A stretch of DNA of 64,000 bases from Candidatus Undinarchaeota archaeon (GCA_964519305.1 CAZFHY010000005.1:118477-182476), one strand, 5' to 3'. Shown: positions 9,857 to 20,606, numbered from the stretch's first letter. Made by a program: numbers and translations. The notes: generated by a model from the letters alone, not told the origin.

Positions 9857-10533
9857 TGGGTTCCCTCGACGAAGCACTGGCGGCCTTCAGGGAAGGCCGG
9901 ATCGTGCTGGTTTTCGACCGGGATGATAGGGAAGGGGAGACGGACATGCTCGTCTCCTCGCTCCACGTGACCCCTGCCCACGTGCGCACCATGCGACGGG
10001 ACGCGGGAGGTCTCATATGCACCGCTCTCGGCCATGAGGAGTGCAAGGCCATAGGTATCCCCTTCATGACCGACGTGCTCTCCGAAGCTTCCCAACGGTT
10101 CCCTGTGCTCCCATCGCTCAGTCCACATGACATCCCGTACGATGAGCGCTCGTCCTTCTCCATCACCGTGAACCACAGAAGGACCTTCACCGGCATCACC
10201 GACGATGACCGGGCGCTAACGATCAAGGAACTGGCCGCTCTGGTCGTTGACAGACGATTCGCCGAGTTCGGTTCCCTTTTCCGATCCCCGGGCCACGTGC
10301 CTCTTCTACGGGGCGCGGACGGGCTGCTCGATGTCCGTCAGGGGCATACCGAGATCACCCTCGCGATGGCGGACATGGCGGGGCTTCCACAGGTCACCAC
10401 CATATGCGAGATGATGGCTGATACAGGAAAAGCCCTTCCTCCAAGTGAGGCTCAGGGTTATGCTGAGAAACACCGGCTCCCCTTCATCAGCTGCGATGAG
10501 ATCATGGATGCCTGGCGGGAGGAGCGACCATGA
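9856..10533 (+). CDS. ribB: 3,4-dihydroxy-2-butanone 4-phosphate synthase
   Basis: DREGETD, GGLIC, TFTGITDDDR, FRSPGH, RQGHTE, ICEMM. Confidence 0.95.
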   Translation: MGSLDEALAAFREGRIVLVFDRDDREGETDMLVSSLHVTPAHVRTMRRDAGGLICTALGHEECKAIGIPFMTDVLSEASQRFPVLPSLSPHDIPYDERSSFSITVNHRRTFTGITDDDRALTIKELAALVVDRRFAEFGSLFRSPGHVPLLRGADGLLDVRQGHTEITLAMADMAGLPQVTTICEMMADTGKALPPSEAQGYAEKHRLPFISCDEIMDAWREERP

Positions 10534-11282
10534 TCCAGATGAGCCTGGTCCAGATAGATAACTACGGTCCCTGGACGGTGGATCCCGCTCCCAAACGTGA
10601 GGCCGACATCCAGATACTCCAGTCGTCATTCTACGCTGATGTCCAGCACCAGTTCTCCAGCAGGGATGGTCTAGCTTTCGCCACCCGGTTCGACAACATC
10701 CTGGCCATCTCCAACGGTATCGATAAGGAGGCGCACCTCCGCATCCAACAGAGCCTTCACGCTCGCTACCCATTCACGTTGAGCATCGGAGTGGGTGCTG
10801 GGCGTACAGCGCTAGAGGCCCAGGAGGAGGCAACTCGTCACATCCATAAGGCGGGCTCGGCCCAGTCCTCGCGCACTGCGGTCGTCGAGGGCTCCTTTCT
10901 TGACTCGGGTCAAGTTGACATCGGCCACTTCGACATCGATGATGCTACAGGTACGATCACCGACGTGCTCTCCGCCTACGATGCCTACCTGGCTGTGAAA
11001 CGGGCCTACCTCACCCTTGCCCAGGGGCTACGTGAGCTCGGAGCAACCGCGTTCTTCGTTGGTGGGGACAACGTCATCGCACCCATCAACGGCGTGGACA
11101 AGAAGGACATCTGTGCGCTCCTCAACCGGCTCAAGGAACATGAGGACGTTCCGCTAAAGGTCGGATTCGGAACAGGTTCCAACGCCCATGAGGCGGACCT
11201 TGCTGCAAAGCACGAGCTCGAGCACATCAGGTCGCTCAACGGAGCGGCCAGGGTAGCGGCATCGTGCAGGCATCAGGTTTAA
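10530..11282 (+). CDS. gch3: GTP cyclohydrolase III (archaeal)
   Basis: QIDNYGPWT, READIQ, RFDN, HFDID, FFVGGDN, LKVGFG motifs; inside the rib operon. Confidence 0.92.
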   Translation: MIQMSLVQIDNYGPWTVDPAPKREADIQILQSSFYADVQHQFSSRDGLAFATRFDNILAISNGIDKEAHLRIQQSLHARYPFTLSIGVGAGRTALEAQEEATRHIHKAGSAQSSRTAVVEGSFLDSGQVDIGHFDIDDATGTITDVLSAYDAYLAVKRAYLTLAQGLRELGATAFFVGGDNVIAPINGVDKKDICALLNRLKEHEDVPLKVGFGTGSNAHEADLAAKHELEHIRSLNGAARVAASCRHQV

Positions 11283-11309
11283 AAGCCCCGCCTGATTCAT
11301 CCCACGACG

Positions 11310-11819
11310 ATGATCGTCCCGCGACGCGTGTTCCTGACAGCAGGCCGAGGGCAGCATCCCGACCGCATCCACGCCTTCGAGCTGGCGCTCCGGGACGCGG
11401 GGATCGAACAGTGCAACCTCGTGCCCGTCTCCAGTGTCCTCCCACCGGGGTGCCGGATCGTGGACTGCGAGGAGGGGACCGCAGCCCTGGTACCGGGAGC
11501 CATCACGTTCTGTGTCATGGCACGTGATGAGAGCAATGTTGAAGGCGCCCCTCTGTCTGCTTCTGTTTGCATCGCCGTCCCCAAGGACACTTCACGCCAT
11601 GGTTATATCGGCGAGTGCGCTGGAAACGGTCGATCCCTGAAAGAGATTGAGGCCGATGCACGCGAACTCGCACAGGGTATGATGGCCACGTCCTCGGAAA
11701 TCGACAACTCGCGCGCCGATGAGGTCTGTGCGGCAGCCCCCACCATCTCCTGCGTAACCAGGGTAAAAGAGGGTGTGTGGAACGTGGCGGTCGCCGTGGC
11801 TGTCTTCCTTGAGAACTAG
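11310..11819 (+). CDS. pdaD: Pyruvoyl-dependent arginine decarboxylase
   Basis: AFELALRDAGIEQCNLVPVSSVLPP with Ser-Ser autocleavage site; PGAITFCVMAR; GYIGE. Confidence 0.9.
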   Translation: MIVPRRVFLTAGRGQHPDRIHAFELALRDAGIEQCNLVPVSSVLPPGCRIVDCEEGTAALVPGAITFCVMARDESNVEGAPLSASVCIAVPKDTSRHGYIGECAGNGRSLKEIEADARELAQGMMATSSEIDNSRADEVCAAAPTISCVTRVKEGVWNVAVAVAVFLEN

Positions 11820-12484
11820 TCCCTGTGTAGCACCCGGTAACGCAGGAGCACCTCGGTCCCTATCACTTCGAAGTCCTCCAGCTCAAGATGAGGTGCGTCG
11901 TCGACCGACATCACGCCCTCTCCTCCAACCAGCGGCACCGAATCCGTCCCACCTATGACAAACGGAGCGACCGTGAGATGGACCTTGTCCACTAGACCGG
12001 CCGCGAACATAGCAGCGTTAAGTCCACCCCCGCCCTCCAACATCGCAGTGCGTACACCGCGCGCGGCCAGATCATCGAGCATTGCCGCCAGGTCGACGTG
12101 CCCCTCTCCCAACACAACTACATCGCACGTCTCACGCAGAGCGGCGATCCTTGCTGATGGTGCTTTTCGTGATACGTAGACCACTGTGGGCGCACCATCA
12201 TCGAGCACACGAGCACCCAAAGGTGTCCTGGCCCTGCCGTCCACAACGACACGCAAGGGGCTCGGGCCGTCCACGAGGCGGGTCGTGAGGCTGGGGTCGT
12301 CGGCCAGCACTGTCCCAGAACCCACCAGGATAGCGTCAACTCTGGCGCGGAGGGCGTGCACGCGGACAAGGTCATCCGGGCTCGATATGCGTGAATCGCC
12401 TGCTCGCGTCGATATCCTCCCGTCCAGGCTCATGGCCGACGAGAGTACGATCTCAGGCTTCGAGGTCCCCGGTTTTGATGACAT
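11816..12484 (-). CDS. arfC: 2,5-diamino-6-ribosylamino-4(3H)-pyrimidinone 5'-phosphate reductase (RibD C-terminal/Rib7 family)
   Basis: AMSLDGRI, DAILVGSGTVLADDPSL, LEGGGGL, AGLVD. Confidence 0.9.
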   Translation of the reverse strand: MSSKPGTSKPEIVLSSAMSLDGRISTRAGDSRISSPDDLVRVHALRARVDAILVGSGTVLADDPSLTTRLVDGPSPLRVVVDGRARTPLGARVLDDGAPTVVYVSRKAPSARIAALRETCDVVVLGEGHVDLAAMLDDLAARGVRTAMLEGGGGLNAAMFAAGLVDKVHLTVAPFVIGGTDSVPLVGGEGVMSVDDAPHLELEDFEVIGTEVLLRYRVLHRD

Positions 12485-13772
12485 CGTTCACCGTCTTCCC
12501 GAGCTTGTCCACAGGAACACGCTCTTCATCGCCGGAGGTCATGTTCCGCAGCACGACCACACCCTCCTTCAGGTCCCGAGGGCCCACCACGAGCACGTAG
12601 GGGACGCCCATGATGTCGGCGTACTCGAAGAGCTTGCCCAGCTTCCGGCCACGGAGGTCCAGGTCGGTCGCGATTCCAGCGCCCCGGAGCACCTGTGCCA
12701 GCTCAATGGCCTTCGACCGCATCGTATCGTTCACGGGTGCAACCAGCACTCGGGCCATGGTCCGTGTGTCGGGGACCATCTTCCGTTCGATCATGATCGC
12801 CATGAGACGCTCGATACCAAGGGATATGCCCACTGCGGGTTGTGGTTGAGCGCCGTACATCCCGATAAGACCGTCGTAGCGCCCGCCTCCCGAGACGCTC
12901 CCCACGCCACCTTCGGGGATGTTGGCTTCGAAGATCGGTCCGGTATAATAGGATAGGCCTCGAACCAAAGACAGGTCGATGACCACTTCGTCACTGATAC
13001 CGAAAGCATTGAGATGATCTGCGATCTGGCGGAGCTCATCGATGCCCTGTTTTCCCAGCGGGTGCTCGCCAACAAGTTCCTCGGCCTTGGACAGCACCTC
13101 CCCGGGAGGGCCTGAAATCTCGATGAAGTCAAGGATGGACTCGATAGCATCGAACTCGATGCCCTTCTCCTCCATCTCCTCCCACACGCCCTTGCGTCCG
13201 ATCTTGTCGATCTTGTCCATGGCTCGGAAGGCTGCCGGGATGAGTTCCTCGGGAATGCCGCACACGGCCGCCAGCGCCTCTAACAGCTTGCGATGATTGA
13301 TCCTCACCTGGAAACTTGCGAACCCGAGAGCGCGCAGGCACTCGACCGCGACCGCGACCGCCTCGGCATCTGCGAGCATCAATGGAGAACCCACGACGTC
13401 CACGTCGGCCTGCCAGAACTCGCGGTATCGCCCTTTCTGCTGGCGCTCGTACCGCCAGACCCTGGAGATATGGTAACGCTTGAAAGGCATCGGGAGATTC
13501 GGGTTCTGGGCCACGAGCCGGGCCAGAGGCGTGGTTAGATCGAAGCGTAATCCCAGCTTCCTGCCGGACTTGTCCTCGAAGGCGTAGATCTGCTCGTCGA
13601 CCTCATCACCGCCCTTGCAGGTCAGCGTCTCAAGGTGCTCGAACGCCGGCGTCTCGATGGGTGAGTATCCATAGCGGGCAAAGATGCCCTCGATGACCTG
13701 GATGACGTGCTTGCGGGCGATCATGACCTCGGGAAGGAAATCACGCGTACCGCGGGGCGTCTTGAGCTCCAT
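12453..13772 (-). CDS. hisS: Histidine--tRNA ligase
   Basis: PRGTRD, LRFDLT, VWRYE...GRYREF, RGLSYYTG, GGGRYD, GIER. Confidence 0.97.
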   Translation of the reverse strand: MELKTPRGTRDFLPEVMIARKHVIQVIEGIFARYGYSPIETPAFEHLETLTCKGGDEVDEQIYAFEDKSGRKLGLRFDLTTPLARLVAQNPNLPMPFKRYHISRVWRYERQQKGRYREFWQADVDVVGSPLMLADAEAVAVAVECLRALGFASFQVRINHRKLLEALAAVCGIPEELIPAAFRAMDKIDKIGRKGVWEEMEEKGIEFDAIESILDFIEISGPPGEVLSKAEELVGEHPLGKQGIDELRQIADHLNAFGISDEVVIDLSLVRGLSYYTGPIFEANIPEGGVGSVSGGGRYDGLIGMYGAQPQPAVGISLGIERLMAIMIERKMVPDTRTMARVLVAPVNDTMRSKAIELAQVLRGAGIATDLDLRGRKLGKLFEYADIMGVPYVLVVGPRDLKEGVVVLRNMTSGDEERVPVDKLGKTVNDVIKTGDLEA

Positions 13773-13872
13773 AGCCCGGAGGACAAGGCCAAGCTTTTCA
13801 AACTTTCCGAAGCCGGCCCGCGGATAAATTTATTAAAGAACCCGGCACTCCCATCGCGCAGGTGTCCCATCG

Positions 13873-15612
13873 ATGGCGAAGAAGGACAAGAAGCCCTCCA
13901 AGAAGAAAGATGATAATGTGATGGAGGCTCTCCACGAGATCGAAGAGACCGAGCATCGTATCGAGGAGGTTGAGCATCGCATCGAGGAGGAGGAGCACAT
14001 CATCGAGAACGAGCTCCACCAGTTAAGGGAGGAGCAGCGTGCCATGGACATCTGGATCATTCTTGTAGTAGTGCTGGGCATCATCATAACCATCGGTGCC
14101 ATCGGATACTACTTCCAACAGGGACGCACACTGCCCACGGACCGACCGGTCCCGACCATCATGCCCACGGCGGGCCCGGGAGAGATCCCGAGCTTGGATA
14201 CTCTGGGCCCCTCATCACTGCTCGACAGCGCTCGTGTCCCACTCAGTGACCTGGGCGGGGCTTCCTGCGGAGCCAACATCACGCTCTTCTCTGCTCCGAG
14301 CTCGCTCAACTCGGTAAAGGCGCGCGATGCCCTGCTGCGCATGGGCGAGCGCATCACGTTCACAGAGGCCTGCATCGGATTCAATCCTCAGGATGCGGCC
14401 GATTGCGAGCGGCTCGATGGTGCTGAGACGTTCGCACGCACTATGGGACTGGTCCGCAGGCTCAATGCAACAGGAGCCTTCACCGGCGTGCCTACTGAAC
14501 TCATCGGGTGCCGCTACCTCCGCTCGGGCACATTCGCCCACTTGAGCCAGAAGGCCGAGGACGCTGAGCTGGAGACGCTGATATGCGCCCTCTCCGATCC
14601 CATGCCAGATTGGTGTGGGGTGGATGTCCGTTATGCTCGTCCACCCGGCTGCACGACCTGCGAGTCGTTCGATAAGCTGGTCGCAGCAATCTCCAATCCC
14701 CGTGCACGACTGGTCGATGGTACGGCAACCCAGATGGCGGGTCGCGAGCCTCCTTATATTCTCATGCCAAAGGAACTCCTCTACTACGACACCCGACTGT
14801 CCAAGACAGTCGAGAGTCTCATCTTAGGGGAGATGGGGAGCATCACCTATACCGCTATGGAGAACCACTGGGTGTTCATCCCGCCCCAGGACCTGGTGGC
14901 GACCCTAGTAGAGGAGCCTTGCCCGATCTGCCCCATATCGCCTCTTGGCGATGTTATCAAGGACATCCAATCCGTTGGTGGCCGGATCGTTGAGGGCGAT
15001 AAGTCCAATATGCGGCCCATCGCTTCAGCGCTATATATCGAAGCTGAAGCGGTCCGCTCCAACTACCCCGCTATCCAGGCACTGCTCAACAAGTATAAGG
15101 GCCTGCTGCACTTCATGAACCTGGACGAGACGGACCCGAACACTCCGCTGGTGATCGCCCCGCTCATCTATGCCCGTGATGACAACTCCTGCGGCAACGC
15201 CACAGACGCATACCTCTTCGTGTTCTATACGCCGAACGATGCGGCCTCCGAAGGGGTCGCCCTGACCAGTCAGGTCCTGACCGAGCTGTTCGATGACGCC
15301 TTGCATATCCGTACTGAGTGCGTCAAGACCAAAGAGGGTGACGCCACGATCTGTGCGGCCGACGATCCCGAGAGCTACATGGAAGCCGAGCAGCTGCGCG
15401 CCATCTTCGGAATACGTAACGTCCCCGCATATGTGTTCAACTGCCGGTATGTCTGGCCTGATACCCAATTCACCGACGATCCCAATGTCAACAAGGACCG
15501 GGTCGTTGCAGAGGTAGAGGTTCTGCGTAAGAACCTGTGCATACTCCTTGATCATAACAACACCGCGTGCGGCGAGATACACGGCTCATTAGCGATCCCG
15601 GATATGGGTTGA
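13873..15612 (+). CDS. Single-pass membrane protein with multiple thioredoxin-like modules
   Basis: Glu/His coiled coil, TM helix, CTTC and CPIC motifs, two VP...CRY modules. Confidence 0.6.
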   Translation: MAKKDKKPSKKKDDNVMEALHEIEETEHRIEEVEHRIEEEEHIIENELHQLREEQRAMDIWIILVVVLGIIITIGAIGYYFQQGRTLPTDRPVPTIMPTAGPGEIPSLDTLGPSSLLDSARVPLSDLGGASCGANITLFSAPSSLNSVKARDALLRMGERITFTEACIGFNPQDAADCERLDGAETFARTMGLVRRLNATGAFTGVPTELIGCRYLRSGTFAHLSQKAEDAELETLICALSDPMPDWCGVDVRYARPPGCTTCESFDKLVAAISNPRARLVDGTATQMAGREPPYILMPKELLYYDTRLSKTVESLILGEMGSITYTAMENHWVFIPPQDLVATLVEEPCPICPISPLGDVIKDIQSVGGRIVEGDKSNMRPIASALYIEAEAVRSNYPAIQALLNKYKGLLHFMNLDETDPNTPLVIAPLIYARDDNSCGNATDAYLFVFYTPNDAASEGVALTSQVLTELFDDALHIRTECVKTKEGDATICAADDPESYMEAEQLRAIFGIRNVPAYVFNCRYVWPDTQFTDDPNVNKDRVVAEVEVLRKNLCILLDHNNTACGEIHGSLAIPDMG

Positions 15613-15617
15613 GTATC

Positions 15618-16478
15618 ATGAGCGTCATTATATCCAGCCCCATGGACGTGACCCTCGCCATCGAGGGAAAGCATCCACTTACCCGGGAAGAACTCCTTTC
15701 TCTTGTCAACGGCTTCGATGGGTACGAGAGCCGGGAGGGTGCCGATGAGCGCATCGTGGTCGACGTGAAGAGCGTGCATGAGAGCGGTACACTCGTGCTG
15801 CATCTCTGTCCACAGTACAAGGTGAGCTATGCAGAGATCGATAAATTCATCACGCGGATGATCAGTGAGATACTCAAAGGCTGCGGGCTCGAGAAGTGTT
15901 CACATCGCATCATCGAGATCACGTGGCACATCGAGGAGCTGGGCGTGCCCAGCGAGCTAGCGCCGATCCATGTGGACGCTCCGCTGGAGGATGAGGTGTC
16001 AACGGAGCCGGCCTTCACCCTGGAACTCGGTAGGGCGTACTACATCGAGGAGCGTCGGAACGAGTTAGGGCTCAGTATCTTCGCGGACCATCTCCACCAC
16101 GGATTCCACGGGCTGGCCATCACTCGTATCTATCCCGAACACATAAGAGACGAGTACAAACTCCAGAAGACGCCAATAGTATGGCTGACACATACCGAGC
16201 ATAGCGACGACATACTCGCGACGGACAACCTCCACATGCTCTCGGACATGGTCCGCAACGACATACTCGGTAAGTACGAGCAGAGCATCATCCTTCTTAG
16301 CGGACTTGAATACCTTAGTACCCATGCGGGCTCCCGACCTGTTCTCAAGTTCCTTCAGTATCTGGTGGACCAGGTGGCCTTGCACAAAGCGTTGTTGATA
16401 ATCTCTCTCAATCCATCGGCGTTCAATGATCTGGAGTTCAACCTCCTCACACGGGACCTGATCAGGTACGAGGAGTGA
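15618..16478 (+). CDS. DUF835 domain protein
   Basis: GRAYYIEE, GLAITRIYP, PIVWLT, IILLSGLEYL, KFLQYLVD pattern; start ATG 15618 chosen. Confidence 0.8.
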   Translation: MSVIISSPMDVTLAIEGKHPLTREELLSLVNGFDGYESREGADERIVVDVKSVHESGTLVLHLCPQYKVSYAEIDKFITRMISEILKGCGLEKCSHRIIEITWHIEELGVPSELAPIHVDAPLEDEVSTEPAFTLELGRAYYIEERRNELGLSIFADHLHHGFHGLAITRIYPEHIRDEYKLQKTPIVWLTHTEHSDDILATDNLHMLSDMVRNDILGKYEQSIILLSGLEYLSTHAGSRPVLKFLQYLVDQVALHKALLIISLNPSAFNDLEFNLLTRDLIRYEE

Positions 16479-16485
16479 GCTTCCC

Positions 16486-17019
16486 TTACCATCCCAGTCT
16501 AATGGCCGCCCGGTTGGTCGCAACATGCAGGGGGACCGCGAGGACAATGAAGGATACTGCCACATCGGACGGGACGGGGGTTAGCACCCAGATGGCTACC
16601 AACGCTCCGAACGCAGCGTCCAGCTGATCGAAAGGGAACCAGTCCTCGCCCGGGGACACTCCCCTTCTCCTTTTCACGAAGCTCTCGACAAGGTCGCCGG
16701 TCAGAGCGCCTGCTCCGAGCATTGCCCCGACAAGGAGCGGATGGATCCCCTGCACTATGACATAACGCCGGGGGACCTGGACCGATGCCTGGACCAGGGC
16801 CGTGACCGCTCCCCCGAGCACTCCAAGGACGAGCCCCCGCAGGGTCTTATGATCTCCAAGGAGACGCTTACCATCTCGCCATGTCCTCCCGCCATCCACC
16901 GGAGCTCCCAGGACAGGGAGGTCGCGAGCGATAAGGGGCATCTGGTTGGCCATCATTGCAGGCAGGAACACCCACATCGTACGGAGCACGAGATCGACCG
17001 GCCAAGGGAGAGGTACCAC
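16486..17019 (-). CDS. carS: CDP-archaeol synthase
   Basis: LPAMMANQMP, PVDGG, LGDHKT, GDLVESFVKRR, PFDQLD, HVATN. Confidence 0.88.
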   Translation of the reverse strand: MVPLPWPVDLVLRTMWVFLPAMMANQMPLIARDLPVLGAPVDGGRTWRDGKRLLGDHKTLRGLVLGVLGGAVTALVQASVQVPRRYVIVQGIHPLLVGAMLGAGALTGDLVESFVKRRRGVSPGEDWFPFDQLDAAFGALVAIWVLTPVPSDVAVSFIVLAVPLHVATNRAAIRLGW

Positions 17020-17051
17020 GAATACCGAGTCGTGCCCATACTAAATAAAGC

Positions 17052-17885
17052 CTATGCGTTGGTCGCGCTCCAACGGGGTAACACTGCTACGGTCACTTGT
17101 GTCTTGCTTCCATCGTTCTTATCGCACCGGAAATCCAGGGCCGTGTTGATGGTCGCGGGCAGCTCCGCATCAAAGTGTAGCATGTTCCCTTCCACCATCT
17201 CCCGGGGTACCTCCTGGAAGGACGAGCAGCGCCCTTCAACCCCATCATCACGAAGGGTGCACAGTTTCACTTCAAGGGTCCGTATACACCATCCTTCGGG
17301 CACGGGGATATCGATGGTCACGTTGTACTCAGGTACTACAGGTTCGTCCGGACCCTTTATCGTGATGGAGAACTCCTCGTCGATATCGACGGTTTCAACG
17401 CTCAGACATTCATCGCAGGGTTCCACGGCCTCGGGAGTTACTAGGACTATCAGCCAATCGGGGCCGCGTGGCGGAAGCAACCGGATCGTGGTGGCTCGCG
17501 CCGAGGGGACCTGATCAGCGGGGGCGGGCGCCCATCCAGCTCCTGCCACCACTGGACCGACGATCTCGGGTAGATCGGGGTCCTGTGTGGGAGTTACGGG
17601 TGCCTCTGAGGGGACCGGCACAGGTGGCCCCTCAAGGCTTGATTTGGTAGATGGCACTAGCGGACCTACCACGAACTCCGGAGAAGGTGGTCCCTCGACC
17701 GACAAGCGGGCATCCTGCTCCTTGACCTTGGTTGGACTAGTGTGCTCCACGGTAACGACGGTCGGCCCAAGGAACACGGCCGTGATGATTATGAGCGATG
17801 CGATGAGCAGGACGACATGGAGATGATCGGTCCCGGGCACAGACCGCGGTCGGGATACCACGCTTTTATTGCTTTCTTTCTCCAT
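17052..17885 (-). CDS. Hypothetical membrane-anchored Pro-rich protein with a beta-rich C-terminal domain
   Basis: N-terminal TM helix, Pro-rich linker; overlaps the upstream radical SAM stop. Confidence 0.6.
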   Translation of the reverse strand: MEKESNKSVVSRPRSVPGTDHLHVVLLIASLIIITAVFLGPTVVTVEHTSPTKVKEQDARLSVEGPPSPEFVVGPLVPSTKSSLEGPPVPVPSEAPVTPTQDPDLPEIVGPVVAGAGWAPAPADQVPSARATTIRLLPPRGPDWLIVLVTPEAVEPCDECLSVETVDIDEEFSITIKGPDEPVVPEYNVTIDIPVPEGWCIRTLEVKLCTLRDDGVEGRCSSFQEVPREMVEGNMLHFDAELPATINTALDFRCDKNDGSKTQVTVAVLPRWSATNA

Positions 17886-19200
17886 GCCGCCGCTCCTCCC
17901 TTAGTGTGTCCAGTGATTGTGTGAGCCAGGGCTCACCATCGCGCACAACCAATCCTGCATCGCACCGCAGTGCGTAGGCCACATCAAAGGTGTCGGGATC
18001 GCACAACGAGCCCGCGCCAACGACAAGGAGCCCGGGCGTGGCCAGAGTATCCAAGGGCCCCATTCCTGCCAGTGGCCGGACCGCAGCGGACAGGAGGGTG
18101 CGCACGAGATTCGGTTCCCGCACAAGCGGTAACGCCTCGGCGGCCAGCTGGGCGGCCGCACCCCATCTCCAGCGATGACGGGTCACACGGAACCTTTCCA
18201 GTGCGTCGTTCAGCCCATCAATGTCGACGAGCTCTTCCGCGGCAGTCCACGTGCCATCGGTACGTCGGAGCATTGGATAGAACTGGTTGTACAGGCAACT
18301 GGGGACACCCAGGAGGTTGAACGCAGCGTAAAGCGCCTTCTGGACGGTGGTCCAGCCGGGGGGGGTTATTCGTCCATCCGAGGCGTCCGCCACCATGGAC
18401 ACGACCTCCTCGACCCGCAGCCGCGCCGTCGGACCTAGCCCGGCGATCCCAAGATGACCGTAGGAGCGGAAGAACACACCGCGTACGAAGGAATGGCCCA
18501 GCGCGTAGGTCAGAAGCTCTGATACGGCGTCGTCGTTCACCCCTCGGGCCAACGTGCATTCCAGACCCGTGGGCATATCGGCCCTCTCCAGAGCATCCAG
18601 GGCCTTGCGTTTTATCGCTGTCAAATCCCTGCCCCGGAGCGTCTTGTCCCCCTGTCCGGAAAGACCATCTAGCTGGAGATGTACCTCACCCAGACCCGCC
18701 GTACGCAGTTCGTCCAGCATACCTTCCTCGGCCAGAAGGAGGCCGTTCGTGGCAAGCACGGGCACATTCCCGGACGCGATGACCGCGGTCACGATGTCCG
18801 GCAGGTCGTTGCGGACCGTGGGCTCACCGCCATATAGCTGGACCTTGGCCCCAGTAACGCCCGCAAGCAGCCTTGCGACGTCCCCGGGAGAAGGCTCACG
18901 CTCATCCCCGCGCTTTGGTCCTGAGCGGGTGAAGCAGATAGGACAGGCGAGGTTGCACCTGTCCGTGAGGGGAAGGTTCAGGTTCTTGTCACCGATGCCG
19001 GGCAGAGGTGCCATCATCTCCTCATAGAAGGCGGCCAGCTCGGCCCATGCGGGACCATCCTTGGCCACCAGCGCACTGGAATCCCCATGCTCCGGGCAGT
19101 GCTTGACCAGATGGACCATCCCGTCCTCCAGCACAAGAGAGGCCGGCACCGCGGCGAGGCAGGTGGGACAGGTACCCAGGGTCACCCGCAGGAGAACCAT
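17866..19200 (-). CDS. Radical SAM protein, tetraether-synthase (Tes/MJ0619)-like architecture, copy 2
   Basis: CPTC...CPEHG N-terminal site, CNLACPIC, GGEPT, HLQLDG, CDPDTFDV...RC. Confidence 0.8.
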   Translation of the reverse strand: MVLLRVTLGTCPTCLAAVPASLVLEDGMVHLVKHCPEHGDSSALVAKDGPAWAELAAFYEEMMAPLPGIGDKNLNLPLTDRCNLACPICFTRSGPKRGDEREPSPGDVARLLAGVTGAKVQLYGGEPTVRNDLPDIVTAVIASGNVPVLATNGLLLAEEGMLDELRTAGLGEVHLQLDGLSGQGDKTLRGRDLTAIKRKALDALERADMPTGLECTLARGVNDDAVSELLTYALGHSFVRGVFFRSYGHLGIAGLGPTARLRVEEVVSMVADASDGRITPPGWTTVQKALYAAFNLLGVPSCLYNQFYPMLRRTDGTWTAAEELVDIDGLNDALERFRVTRHRWRWGAAAQLAAEALPLVREPNLVRTLLSAAVRPLAGMGPLDTLATPGLLVVGAGSLCDPDTFDVAYALRCDAGLVVRDGEPWLTQSLDTLREERRHGERKQ

Positions 19201-20555
19201 ATCCCCTCCTCCGGATCTCCCCGGGCCTTAAGACTACGCCTCTCGAGCTCGAGGTGAGCGTAGGGCATAGTCTGTGTGCCTTCAGCGGTGAGTTGTAGCC
19301 GATCACAGGCATCTGCCACCTGGAAATCGAACGAGTAAGGCTCGCACATGGCGCCGAACCCTAAGATGAACAAACGGTCCGATACTCCCGAATCACCATA
19401 GGAGAACATCTCGTGCTTGACGAGCTTGCCCTTCATCACCGACAGTGCATCACGGATGAACCTCAGCGAACGCGGATGTGCCGCGCGCCGCGCGACCTGT
19501 GCAAGGAACAGAGGTAGTGCTAGCATCGAGCCCTCGCGGATCCTGTGACGGAATGCGTCCAAAGCCGTTTGAATGCCATGGACATCGAACAGCTCGTTCA
19601 CGAGCTTGTAGCCACCGTCAGGTGTGCGGTACATGAAAGTGTACTGGCTGTAATGACACCGACGCAGGTGCACAAGCTTGTAGAATGCATATAGCAGTCG
19701 CTGGAGCTCGTAGACGCTCCTAAGCGAGATGCGTCCTCTCGTGGATTCGTCGAACCGCTCGATCATGTCCTCGATGGCTACCGAGCTGGCGTGCTCGAGC
19801 CCGGCCTTGCCCATGACAACGTAGGATCGGAAGAAAAGCCCCCGGATGTGCGGGCGTGGGACGCAGTACTCGAACGTGGGCACCATCTGGTCCTCGTTGA
19901 GGTCATGAGCGACTGTGTACTCTAGCACCGTCGGTATCCCCAGTTCCTCGAGGTTATCCAGGGCCTTGGTCTTGGAGGCGACCATGGGCTTGCCGCGGAG
20001 CACCTTGTACACACGCTCCTCAAAACCGTCGAACTGTAGGTGGACCTCCTCAAGTCCGGCATCTCTGAGCTCCTCCAGATATGCACGGTCCTCGAGCTTG
20101 ATGCCGTTGGTATAGAGCACGGGGATATTGCCCGATCGACGGATGAGACGGATTATGTCCGGTAGGTCCTTGCGCACCGTGGGTTCACCGCCGAAGAGGC
20201 AAAGACGTACACCTTGCATGCCCTCGATCATCGCACCCACATCCTCGAGAGAGGGATCCGCGTATCGGGTGACGTTGGCATTGGTGAAGCAGATAGGACA
20301 ATTGATGTTACAGCGCATTGTGACGTAGAAGTTGTACTCCAGCTCCTCTTTCTTCCCGCCTATGGCAAGGCCGCGATAGAAATCAGCGAGGCCCAGATAA
20401 TACCAGGACCGCGAGGAAAGCTCGACCGTGATGGGGCCGTGGTCCGGACAGGTCTTGCGCATCAACACCCGCCCACCCTCCTCGTCCACGACGGCAGGGA
20501 TGCGACGTAGGCACCGCGGGCACACGGACTCGGTCTCCTTGACCCGCTGCATCAT
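19182..20555 (-). CDS. Radical SAM protein, Tes/MJ0619-like architecture, copy 1
   Basis: TESVCPRC...KTCPDHG, CNINCPIC, GGEPT, HLQFDG, CEPYSFDF...AC. Confidence 0.82.
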   Translation of the reverse strand: MMQRVKETESVCPRCLRRIPAVVDEEGGRVLMRKTCPDHGPITVELSSRSWYYLGLADFYRGLAIGGKKEELEYNFYVTMRCNINCPICFTNANVTRYADPSLEDVGAMIEGMQGVRLCLFGGEPTVRKDLPDIIRLIRRSGNIPVLYTNGIKLEDRAYLEELRDAGLEEVHLQFDGFEERVYKVLRGKPMVASKTKALDNLEELGIPTVLEYTVAHDLNEDQMVPTFEYCVPRPHIRGLFFRSYVVMGKAGLEHASSVAIEDMIERFDESTRGRISLRSVYELQRLLYAFYKLVHLRRCHYSQYTFMYRTPDGGYKLVNELFDVHGIQTALDAFRHRIREGSMLALPLFLAQVARRAAHPRSLRFIRDALSVMKGKLVKHEMFSYGDSGVSDRLFILGFGAMCEPYSFDFQVADACDRLQLTAEGTQTMPYAHLELERRSLKARGDPEEGIWFSCG

Positions 20556-20606
20556 CCATGGGCTTGCGCAGAAAACATTAATAGGGTACGGTATAACCGT
20601 CGTGCG

